Below are positions 48,908-57,590 of a DNA stretch of 61,262 bases, one piece after another (position 1 is the stretch's first letter; each line of letters begins with the position of its first letter). The notes under the pieces were generated by a model. The model was given only the letters and a program-made list of their open reading frames with translations. It made no database searches and was not told where the DNA came from. The DNA comes from an uncultured Ruminococcus sp. GTDB taxonomy: Bacteria > Bacillota > Clostridia > Oscillospirales > CAG-272. The position numbers were made by a program, and so were the translations under genes. The stretch spans positions 1-61,262 of the forward strand of contig CAZOFD010000006.1 in NCBI GenBank assembly GCA_964579135.1. The letters run 5' to 3'.

Positions 48908-49687
48908 ATGAAATTTATATCGTGGAACGTTAACGGCTTCAGGGCTTGCCTTAAAAAGGGATTCGCCGACTTTTTCGCCTCGCAGGGGGCGGACGTTACG
49001 GCTTTACAGGAGACCAAGATGCAGCAAGGTCAGGCGGAGTTCCTATGCGACGGATATTTCGATTTTTGGAACAGCGCGGAAAAAAAGGGGTATTCCGGCA
49101 CCGCCGTTTTCGCGAAAAAGCAGCCGCTTGCGGTTACGCGCGGCATAGGCTTGCCCGAGCACGACGCGGAGGGACGCGTGATTACCCTCGAGTACGACGG
49201 ATTTTATTTCGTTAACGTATATACGCCGAACTCGCAAAGAGAATTGACGCGTCTTGCCTACCGCGGCGAATGGGACGACGCGTTTCGCGAGTATCTCGTC
49301 GGGCTCGACGCGAAAAAGCCCGTCGTTTGTTGCGGAGATTTTAACGTGGCGCACAACGAGATCGACCTCAAGAACCCGAAGACCAACCGCACGAGCGCGG
49401 GTTTTACCGATGAGGAGCGCACGAAATTCTCGGAACTTCTGTCCGCGGGATTTTGCGACACTTTCAGACGCGTTTATCCCGATACGGTCAAATATTCGTG
49501 GTGGAGTTATATGTTCCACGCTCGCGAAAAGAACGTGGGGTGGCGTATAGACTACTTTTTGGTCTCCGAGCGCATAGCCGACAGGGTAAAGGACGCTTTT
49601 ATCCTCGACGACGTTTACGGCAGCGACCACTGCCCGGTCGGTATAGAAATCGACCTCGGCGACGATGAGGTCGGCGGCGATCTTTGA
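48908..49687 (+). CDS. xth: Exodeoxyribonuclease III / AP endonuclease
   Basis: SWNVNG, LQETK, GYSGTA, EGR, YTPNS, GDFNVAH, GWRIDY, SDHCP. Confidence 0.97.
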   Translation: MKFISWNVNGFRACLKKGFADFFASQGADVTALQETKMQQGQAEFLCDGYFDFWNSAEKKGYSGTAVFAKKQPLAVTRGIGLPEHDAEGRVITLEYDGFYFVNVYTPNSQRELTRLAYRGEWDDAFREYLVGLDAKKPVVCCGDFNVAHNEIDLKNPKTNRTSAGFTDEERTKFSELLSAGFCDTFRRVYPDTVKYSWWSYMFHAREKNVGWRIDYFLVSERIADRVKDAFILDDVYGSDHCPVGIEIDLGDDEVGGDL

Positions 49688-49759
49688 CGAAATCTCCCGA
49701 TATTTCATATTATGTATAGGGGCTTGCCCCAATACGGTGAATATCGGGGGATTTTTTGT

Positions 49760-50606
49760 ATGGCAACGTTTACAAATTACGCGACCATCACCTACGGCGG
49801 CGTTACGAAAGATTCGAACGTCGTTACGGGCGAGATAGTAGAGGTGCTTTCGGCAACGAAGAGTGCGACGGCAAAGACGTATTCGCGCCCCTCGCGGATC
49901 GGATACGTTATTTCGCTTTTGAACGGCGGTGCAACGGCTCTTACGGGCTTGACTGTGTACGATAATCTCGGAGCGTACTCGAGCGGCTCCGAGACGGTGT
50001 ATCCGCTCGAATACGTTGAGGGCTCTATGCTGCTTTTTGTCAACGGAGTTGCAACGCAAACCGCTGCCGTGACTGCGGATAACGGCATATCGATCTCGGG
50101 CGTCGGCGTGCCCGCAGGCGGCAACGTTCAGCTTGTATACGCCGCCGACGTTACGGAATACGCGCCGCTCGGTACGAACGGTACGATAACGAATACCGCT
50201 ACGGTCGGCGGAGAGGGGGTCGCGACCGTTTCCGCGTCGTCGACCGTCGGGGCGGCGACGGGTGCCGATCTTTCGGTAACGAAATCCGTCTGCCCGTCTT
50301 CCGTGACCGAAAACGGGCAAGACCTATACTTTCGTGATAGAAAACATCGGCAACACGGCGACCGACGAGGGTGACGGCGTAACGCTTACCGACGTTTTTT
50401 CGCCGATTCTCAGCAACGTTGCCGTGTATCTGAACGGCACGCTGCTCTCCGAGGGGACGGATTACACTTACGATGAGACGAGCGGCACTTTCGCGACCGT
50501 GCCGGCAAAGATATCCGTACCCGCCGCGACCTTTACCCAAGGCGCGAGCGGTGAGTGGAGTACGGCGGCGGGGAGCGCGACGCTCGTGGTTGTCGGGACC
50601 GTATAA
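49760..50606 (+). pseudogene. Frameshifted two-repeat DUF11-like beta-sandwich protein
   Basis: ORF from ATG 49760 (MATFTNYATITY) reads ...VTENGQ, then continues in another frame as TYTFVIENIGN... to TAA 50606. The shift is near 50321. Confidence 0.75.
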
Positions 50607-50644
50607 TCGCTTGCACGGGCGCCTTTCGCGCGCTTATCGCTTCG

Positions 50645-50680
50645 GCGGCAACGGTGAGTTCGGCACCGTTGCCGCTTTTT
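50645..50680 (+). terminator. Rho-independent terminator
   Basis: GCGGCAACGGTG/CACCGTTGCCGC stem followed by T5. Confidence 0.8.
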
Positions 50681-50719
50681 CGACAAAAAATCGCGCGAGC
50701 GAAAAATTTTCGTTATCTA

Positions 50720-50748
50720 TTGACACGGAAACGCCTTTGTATTATAAT
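50720..50748 (+). promoter_or_regulatory. Consensus sigma-A promoter of the lysine operon
   Basis: Perfect TTGACA-N17-TATAAT. Confidence 0.88.
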
Positions 50749-50760
50749 GACGACGTAGAA

Positions 50761-50935
50761 GAATAGAGGAGCGGTCGTTTATCAGTACCCGCAGGCATAT
50801 ACCTCTCGCAAAGGTTGCCGCGGCGAAAGGATTCACCGCCGAAGGGGCGCCGTGCGGAGGCGTTTTCCCTGGTAATTCAGATAATATCTGCTTTACTGTC
50901 GCGCCGGACGGTATGCGTCGCGCGGAGTGCTATCC
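50761..50935 (+). ncRNA. Lysine riboswitch (L-box)
   Basis: AGAGGAGC...AGTA...GAAAGG...CGCCGAA...CTGTC...GGAGTGCTA conserved elements, upstream of dapA-dapB-lysA. Confidence 0.92.
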
Positions 50936-50973
50936 CTAACGGTTGCGCGCCGAGGTGCGCGACAAACAGCAGA

Positions 50974-51003
50974 GATAGCCGATTCTTTGTCGGCTGTTTT
51001 TTT
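50974..51003 (+). terminator. Riboswitch expression-platform terminator
   Basis: GATAGCCGA/TCGGCTGTT stem followed by a T-tract before dapA. Confidence 0.75.
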
Positions 51004-51051
51004 ATTTTATAAATTTTTGTGCCCGATTTTTTCGGGCGGATCGGAGATATA

Positions 51052-51942
51052 ATGAAAAAGGAAACCGTATTTACCGGCGCCGCAACCGCGCTTGTTACGC
51101 CCATAACGGAAAACGGCGTCGATTACGAGGCGTTCGGTCGCCTGATCGATTGGCAGATTGACGAGGGAATCGACGCGCTCGTTATCGGCGGCACAACGGG
51201 CGAAAGCTCCACTCTTACGGACGAGGAGCACCGCGATATCATCTCTTATGCCGTTAAGCGCGTGCGCCGCAGAGTTCCCGTTATTGCAGGCACCGGTTCG
51301 AACGATACCGCCTATGCCGTCGAGCTTACGAAAGCCGCTTGCGACGCGGGTGCCGACGCAGCTCTCGTGGTAACGCCGTACTACAATAAGGCAACGCAAA
51401 ACGGGCTTGTAAAGATGTACTCCGCCGTCGCCGATGCGAGCACAATACCGCTGATACTTTACAACGTGCCCTCTCGCACGGGAGTTAATATCGAGCCCGA
51501 AACGTTTGCGCGCCTTGCCGAGCATCCTATGATCTCCGGTATAAAAGAGGCGAGCGGTAATATTTCGAAGATCGCGGAGACGTTTGCGCTTGTCGGTGAC
51601 AAACTCGATATATACTCGGGCAACGACGACCAGATCATCCCCATCCTCGCTCTCGGGGGAAAGGGCGTTATCTCCGTGCTTTCGAATCCTTTGCCACGCG
51701 AAACGTCGAAAATGTGCCGCGACTATATGAGCGGCAACAGAGAGGACGCCGTCAAGGCGCAACTTAAGTATCTGCCGCTTGTCAAGGCACTCTTTTCCGA
51801 GGTCAACCCGATCCCCGTCAAGGCTGCGATGTCCGCTATGGGATTTTGCGAGGACTACCTGCGCTTGCCGCTTACGCCGATGGAAAGCGCCGCGCGCGAA
51901 AAACTTTTTGCCTGCCTTAAGGCTGCGGGCGTGCGCATCTGA
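51052..51942 (+). CDS. dapA: 4-hydroxy-tetrahydrodipicolinate synthase
   Basis: GTTGES, TPYYNK, LYNVPSRTG, GIKEASG, NPIPVK. Confidence 0.98.
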   Translation: MKKETVFTGAATALVTPITENGVDYEAFGRLIDWQIDEGIDALVIGGTTGESSTLTDEEHRDIISYAVKRVRRRVPVIAGTGSNDTAYAVELTKAACDAGADAALVVTPYYNKATQNGLVKMYSAVADASTIPLILYNVPSRTGVNIEPETFARLAEHPMISGIKEASGNISKIAETFALVGDKLDIYSGNDDQIIPILALGGKGVISVLSNPLPRETSKMCRDYMSGNREDAVKAQLKYLPLVKALFSEVNPIPVKAAMSAMGFCEDYLRLPLTPMESAAREKLFACLKAAGVRI

Positions 51943-51980
51943 CGCGTCGATACGAGAAAAACGATATAAGGATAATAAAG

Positions 51981-52718
51981 ATGAGGATAATTATAACCGG
52001 TGCCTGCGGAAGAATGGGCAGGGCGGTCGCCGCGCTTGCCTCGCAGGGGTATCACGGGACGCAAGTCGTCGCCTCCGTCGACGTTAACTGCGGCGTCGAG
52101 GGCTACACAAAGATTTCGGATTTTCGCGGCGAGGCGGATTGCATAATCGACTTTTCGCACCACAGTGCGACGGCAGAGTTTCTCGCCTACGCCAAAAATA
52201 ACAAGATGCCGATCGTTATAGCGACAACGGGACACACGCCCGAGGAGCTTGCCGCAATAGAGGATGCCTCGCGCGAGATACCGATTTTCAGATCCGCCAA
52301 TATGTCTGTCGGCGTTTCGCTTTTGATACGCTTGGCAAAGACGGCGGTCGCCGCTTTCCCCGACGCGGACGTCGAGATCGTCGAGGCTCACCACAATCGC
52401 AAACTCGACGTGCCGAGCGGCACGGCGCTGATGATCTCAGAGGCGATATCCGAGGTGCGCACGTCCTCGCGCGCGCTTGTCGGCAGACGTGAGAACGGAA
52501 TGCGCACGAAAGAGGAGATAGGGATACATTCCGTAAGAATGGGCAACGTCGTCGGCGAGCACGAGGTGATAATCTGCACCGACACCCAGCGCATTACTTT
52601 GAAGCACGAGGCGCAAAGTCGCGAGCTTTTTGCCGAGGGCGCGATAGTTGCAGCCGAATATCTCGTTAAGCAAGGCGCGGGGCTTTACGATATGAACGGC
52701 TACCTCGCGGACAAATAA
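51981..52718 (+). CDS. dapB: 4-hydroxy-tetrahydrodipicolinate reductase
   Basis: GACGRMG, IDFS, ATTG, EAHHNRKLDVPSGTA, FAEGA. Confidence 0.97.
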   Translation: MRIIITGACGRMGRAVAALASQGYHGTQVVASVDVNCGVEGYTKISDFRGEADCIIDFSHHSATAEFLAYAKNNKMPIVIATTGHTPEELAAIEDASREIPIFRSANMSVGVSLLIRLAKTAVAAFPDADVEIVEAHHNRKLDVPSGTALMISEAISEVRTSSRALVGRRENGMRTKEEIGIHSVRMGNVVGEHEVIICTDTQRITLKHEAQSRELFAEGAIVAAEYLVKQGAGLYDMNGYLADK

Positions 52719-52768
52719 AAGGCGAGCCGAGGGCGCTTGATCAAGGACAAAACATAAAGGACCGTCAA

Positions 52769-54073
52769 ATGAACAAACTTATATCCGATAACTTAAGCAT
52801 AAACGCCGATGGGCATCTTTGCTTTGCGGGGCGTGACACTACGGAACTCGCAAAAAAATACGGCACGCCGCTTTATCTTATAGACGAAGACAGGATACGC
52901 GACAGGTGTCGAATATACAAAAAAGCTATGCGCGAGGCTTTCGCCGAGGACGCGTTGCCGTTTTTTGCCGGCAAATCGCTGTGCTTTAAAGGCATATATC
53001 GCATAATGTGCGAGGAGAAAATGGGGATCGACGTTGTCTCCTCGGGAGAATTGTATACGGCGGTCAGCGCGGGCTTTCCCGCCGAGCGGGCGTGCTTTCA
53101 CGGGAACAACAAGACAGACGCGGACATTGAGTTCGCTATGGATTGCGGCGTCGGATATTTTGTTTGCGACAACAGGGAAGAGCTTGCCGGCGTAGACCGC
53201 GAGGCAAAAAAAAGAGGGCTGAAGCAAAAGATCCTTTTGCGTATCACCCCGGGTATTGATCCGCATACCTTCGCCCAAGTAGCAACGGGTAAGGTCGATT
53301 CCAAATTCGGGGCGGCTGTCGAGACCGGGCAGGCGATGGACTTGACGCGCGAGGCACTCGCGTGCGAGGGGCTCGAGCTTTGCGGATTTCACTGCCACGT
53401 AGGCTCGCAAATATTCGACAAGGAGCCCTTTGCGGACGCGGCGAAGATAATGCTCGCGTTTATCCGCGACGTTAAGCTCGCTCTCGGGTACGAGGCGCGG
53501 ATACTCAACCTCGGCGGAGGAATGGCTGTAAGGTACCTGACAAGCGACCCCGAGCCGGATTACGCGGCGAATATAGCGTACGTCGGCAAGGTCTTTCGCG
53601 AACTTTGTGAAGAATACGACGTTGCGCCGCCACGCGTGTTTATGGAGCCGGGGCGCAGCCTTGTGGCGGACGCGGGGATGACGCTTTATTCTGCGGGAAC
53701 ACTTAAGACTATCCCCGGGTTTAAGACCTACGTCTCCGTCGACGGAGGAATGGCGGATAACCCGCGCTACGCGCTCTATTCTTCGCCCTATACCGTGTTG
53801 CTTGCCAACCGTGCAAACGATAAAGAAGACACTGTGTGCACCGTTGCGGGGCGCTGTTGCGAAAGCGGAGATCTGATACAGGAGAACGTTTCGTTGCCGT
53901 TGCCGAAGCGCGGAGATCTTGTCGCCGTGCTTACCACGGGAGCCTACAACTATTCTATGGCGTCGAACTACAATCGTTTGCCGCGCCCGGCGCTCGTTAT
54001 GCTTGCCGGCGGCAGGGATTCGCTTGCCGTAAGGCGCGAAACTTTCGAGGATCTCGTAAGGAACGATATATAA
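52769..54073 (+). CDS. lysA: Diaminopimelate decarboxylase
   Basis: GTPLY, FAGK (PLP Lys), HCHVGSQ, NLGGG, EPGRS, CESGD, GAY...MASNYN. Confidence 0.97.
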   Translation: MNKLISDNLSINADGHLCFAGRDTTELAKKYGTPLYLIDEDRIRDRCRIYKKAMREAFAEDALPFFAGKSLCFKGIYRIMCEEKMGIDVVSSGELYTAVSAGFPAERACFHGNNKTDADIEFAMDCGVGYFVCDNREELAGVDREAKKRGLKQKILLRITPGIDPHTFAQVATGKVDSKFGAAVETGQAMDLTREALACEGLELCGFHCHVGSQIFDKEPFADAAKIMLAFIRDVKLALGYEARILNLGGGMAVRYLTSDPEPDYAANIAYVGKVFRELCEEYDVAPPRVFMEPGRSLVADAGMTLYSAGTLKTIPGFKTYVSVDGGMADNPRYALYSSPYTVLLANRANDKEDTVCTVAGRCCESGDLIQENVSLPLPKRGDLVAVLTTGAYNYSMASNYNRLPRPALVMLAGGRDSLAVRRETFEDLVRNDI

Positions 54074-54086
54074 AGAGACAAATAAT

Positions 54087-54130
54087 GCAAAACGTCGAAG
54101 TGCGCCGCGCTTCGGCGTTTTTTGTTTTTT
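54087..54130 (+). terminator. Terminator after lysA
   Basis: AAAACGTCGAAGTGC/GCGCTTCGGCGTTTT stem followed by a T-tract. Confidence 0.75.
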
Positions 54131-54260
54131 TCGCAAAAAAACAAAAAAATATATACAAAAATGAAGTTGTGTGGTATAATGAGATGAACTATGCGATATT
54201 TTGTCCGTTGATCTTTTTAACGTTCGGTATCGCGCCGATTAACGTCGGAGGAGCATTTTT

Positions 54261-55064
54261 ATGGCAAACGAACAAACGAAAAACGGCGGGTTTCGTCGCA
54301 AACCGCTTGAGCGCGAAAAAGAAAAAAGCGCAGAGGGTGTAATATACGGTCGCAACAGCGTGCGCGAATTGCTTCGCTCGGGCAGGTCGATAGACAAGAT
54401 ATTTATTCGCGAGGGCGACCGAGACGGCTCGGTCAACGTTATAATAGCCGAGGCGGCGGCAAGAAAGATCCCGCTTATCGAAACCGAAAAGCAAAAGCTC
54501 GACAAGATGTGTGCCGGCGGCGTGCACCAGGGTGTCGTTGCTATGGTTGCGGAAAAAGAATACTGCACGCTCGACGATATTCTCGAGATAGCGCGCGCAC
54601 GCGGAGAGATGCCGTTTATCGCCATCCTCGACGGAGTGGAAGACCCGTATAACCTCGGCGCCGTTATCCGCTGTGCCGATTGCGCCGGCGTGCACGGCAT
54701 CGTAATACCGAAAAGGCGAGCCGTCGGGCTTACTCCCGCAGTGTCGAAATCCTCGGCGGGTGCGCTTGAGCACGTTGCGATAGCGAAAGTCGCAAATCTT
54801 GCATCGGAAGTCGACAAACTCAAGGCGAAAGGCATATGGATATATGCCGCCGAAGCCGGAGGGTACGACGTGCACGAGGTTGACGTTGCCCGCCCCGCCG
54901 CATTTATCTTCGGAAGCGAGGGCAACGGGGTCTCGCGTTTGCTTAAAGAGAAAAGCGATTATATAGTATCGGTTCCGATGTTCGGCAAAGTTAATTCTAT
55001 GAACGTTTCGACGGCAGCCGCGGTCGTTCTTACCGAGGCGGCATATCGCAGAAACAAGAAATAA
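54261..55064 (+). CDS. rlmB: 23S rRNA (guanosine-2'-O)-methyltransferase RlmB (SPOUT)
   Basis: IYGRN, HQGV, EDPYNLGAVIR, KSSAGA, GSEGNG, SMNVS. Confidence 0.95.
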   Translation: MANEQTKNGGFRRKPLEREKEKSAEGVIYGRNSVRELLRSGRSIDKIFIREGDRDGSVNVIIAEAAARKIPLIETEKQKLDKMCAGGVHQGVVAMVAEKEYCTLDDILEIARARGEMPFIAILDGVEDPYNLGAVIRCADCAGVHGIVIPKRRAVGLTPAVSKSSAGALEHVAIAKVANLASEVDKLKAKGIWIYAAEAGGYDVHEVDVARPAAFIFGSEGNGVSRLLKEKSDYIVSVPMFGKVNSMNVSTAAAVVLTEAAYRRNKK

Positions 55065-55082
55065 ATTAAGAGCAGGTTGGTT

Positions 55083-57539
55083 ATGTTAGGAAAAAAGCAC
55101 GATATCGACATTCCGAATAACGAAAGCGAAAACACCTTGTTCGACGAGGAAAAATTCGATTCTTTGATAAACGACGTCGTTTCTTTATCCGCAGGGGAGC
55201 CTCAAAAGGTCGGTGACGGCGTAGACTCGCTCCTCGAGCAAATATTTGCGGCAGTCGGCGACGCGCCGAACGGCGAGGAGGCGACCGAGGGAGAAGGATC
55301 CGAGGATAAAACCGCGGTCTCGGCGATCGAAGAGACCGCGGAAAGCGAAGATACGACATCAAACGACGCGTCGGCCCTTGCCGAGTGCGAGGAAGACGCT
55401 GCAAGTGCCGGCAATTGCGAAAACGTCGACGCCTCACCGGGGAAAACGGAGAAAAACGTCGATACGAGTTCCGGTTCGGAAGTCGACGACGGCGACGCCG
55501 ACGACGTTGACGAGGCACAAACGGCGGCGGACGTTGCGGCGCGTGAAAGCACGGACGACGCCGACGCTGCGAGGAGCGAAAACGAAAAAAGCGAAGACGA
55601 GGGAAACGACGGCTCGGTGAGCGAAGAGATCTGCTCTTCCGATGAGAAAGAGCCGAGCTGCGACGAGGACAACGAGGACGACGAGGACGAGACGCTTATG
55701 GCAGCTCTCGGATACAGCGAAACACCGATCGGTCGCCCCGCAGTCGTTACCGCGACTCGCGACGGCTTTGACTTAAGCGACGCTTATGCCTATAACGGCG
55801 AGGAATACGCCTCGAAAGAGCAAGGTGAGAGCATCAAAAAGAGATATCGCTCCGAGCGTTTGCGCGCTCTTATAAGGCTTGGAGCAACTGCGGTATGCGT
55901 TTTGTTGCTCTTCGTTTTCGACGTTTTCGGCAAGAAATTCGGCGGCGCGCTGAATATGCGCGCGTATCCCGCCGTTTACGTTATGGCTTCTTTGCAGATA
56001 CTTTTGATCTGCGCGGCGTTCTCGTATAAAAAAATGATCTGCGGAATTCGCGACCTTTTCCGAGCGAAAACAAAGGCGTATTCCATTGCTGCGGTTTCCG
56101 TTTGCGTTACGGTCGTTTACGATATAGTTATCGCCGCCATCGGAACGGCGGACGTCACGCTTTACGATCTGCCTGCTGCCGTTTGCCTTTTGTTCGTCGT
56201 GCTCGGCGATCTTCTCGAGATAGAGCGGCAGGCGGTCGGATTTAATATCGTCTCCGACTCCGAAAGGATATGTTCTATCGATGAGGTCGACGCCGAAACT
56301 CTTGAAAAATACGGCATTGCGGATAAAAACGTACGCCGAGGCAAGGTCTTTGAGATAAAGAGCGGCGAGGTGCCGAGCGGTTATTTCCGTCACACCAATC
56401 GTCGCAGCGAGCTTGACGGGATATATAAATACGTGATCCCGCCCGTACTTGCGCTTGCGCTTGTGGTATTTATTATTTCTTTGGCGGCGGGGCGCCCGCT
56501 CAAGGACGCCGCGAACGTATTCGTTTCGCTTGTCCTTTTCGGCTTGCCGTCGTTTATGCTGATAGCTTCGGTTTATCCGTTCTTCTTTGTCGGCAAAAAA
56601 GGTGCGAGAAAGTCGTACGCCGTTCTCGGTGAAAGCGATGCGGGAGATATTTCCGATATTTCGGCTGTCGTCCTCGACGAGCGCGATGCCTTTGACGAGA
56701 ATGCGATTCGGATCGACCGTATAACGATGTGCGGTAACGGTAACGCGTGTGATGTCTACGGTGTTATGAACGACGTATCCGCAATTGCGGAAAAGGTCGG
56801 CGGCACGTTTGCACACGCTTTCGGTAAAAATATTTTGACCGCGGAGACCGACGGCGTTCCCTCTGCGAAAAACAACATATGCGATGAGAATGGCGGCGAC
56901 GTCGAGGTGCGTGAGATCGTCGACAAGGGGATCGTCGCCTCGGTCGGAGACGGCGAATATTTGATCGGTTCTGCGGAATTTCTTAAAAGCCGCGGCGTTG
57001 CGACGTCTTCGTATTACGACGCGGAATATATCGCCGAAACGGCGGGCGGCACGGTCATTCACGTAGCTCGCGACGGGAAAGCGGTGCTGAAATTCTTCGT
57101 TTCGTATACGCCGAACGAAAGATTCGTTAAAATGGTAAAAGAGCTTTCTGCCCGTTCGATGCGTACGGTGCTGAAGTGTGTTGACCCGAACGTGGATTCG
57201 CAGATGCTTATGCGCACCGTTGCCGTTGAGGGGCAGGATATATCCGTTATAAGAGTAAGCTTCGACGAGGCGAAAAAAGCCGTGCCTACGGGCGGCGTTG
57301 TGGCGGACGCCTCTGATATGACGTCGCTCCTCGACGCCGCGGATACCTGCCGCTCTTATCAAAAATGGACGAAACTTAACGTATATATATGCGGCGGATT
57401 GTTGGCTGCCGGCGTTTTGATAGCCGCGTTTCTCGGAGCGCTCGGCGCAACGATCGGTATGTCGTCGCTTTATATCGTTCTGTTCCAGTTGCTTGCGATA
57501 TTGCCGTCGGTCGCGCTTCCCAAATTTATGCTTGAATAA
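55083..57539 (+). CDS. Degenerate P1B-type ATPase-like membrane protein with an acidic disordered N-terminus
   Basis: About 200-aa Asp/Glu-rich N-terminus, about 8 TM helices and N/P-domain-like segments, but no DKTGT, TGE, CPC or GDGxND motif. Confidence 0.7.
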   Translation: MLGKKHDIDIPNNESENTLFDEEKFDSLINDVVSLSAGEPQKVGDGVDSLLEQIFAAVGDAPNGEEATEGEGSEDKTAVSAIEETAESEDTTSNDASALAECEEDAASAGNCENVDASPGKTEKNVDTSSGSEVDDGDADDVDEAQTAADVAARESTDDADAARSENEKSEDEGNDGSVSEEICSSDEKEPSCDEDNEDDEDETLMAALGYSETPIGRPAVVTATRDGFDLSDAYAYNGEEYASKEQGESIKKRYRSERLRALIRLGATAVCVLLLFVFDVFGKKFGGALNMRAYPAVYVMASLQILLICAAFSYKKMICGIRDLFRAKTKAYSIAAVSVCVTVVYDIVIAAIGTADVTLYDLPAAVCLLFVVLGDLLEIERQAVGFNIVSDSERICSIDEVDAETLEKYGIADKNVRRGKVFEIKSGEVPSGYFRHTNRRSELDGIYKYVIPPVLALALVVFIISLAAGRPLKDAANVFVSLVLFGLPSFMLIASVYPFFFVGKKGARKSYAVLGESDAGDISDISAVVLDERDAFDENAIRIDRITMCGNGNACDVYGVMNDVSAIAEKVGGTFAHAFGKNILTAETDGVPSAKNNICDENGGDVEVREIVDKGIVASVGDGEYLIGSAEFLKSRGVATSSYYDAEYIAETAGGTVIHVARDGKAVLKFFVSYTPNERFVKMVKELSARSMRTVLKCVDPNVDSQMLMRTVAVEGQDISVIRVSFDEAKKAVPTGGVVADASDMTSLLDAADTCRSYQKWTKLNVYICGGLLAAGVLIAAFLGALGATIGMSSLYIVLFQLLAILPSVALPKFMLE

Positions 57540-57590
57540 ACAATTCGACGGGGTGGTTTCCACCCCGTCGGTTGATAAACGAGGTAACCG

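Noticed and set aside
55773-57563. 596-aa minus-strand ORF
   Set aside because: Antisense shadow of the ATPase-like gene. The plus strand fits the operon direction and TM pattern.
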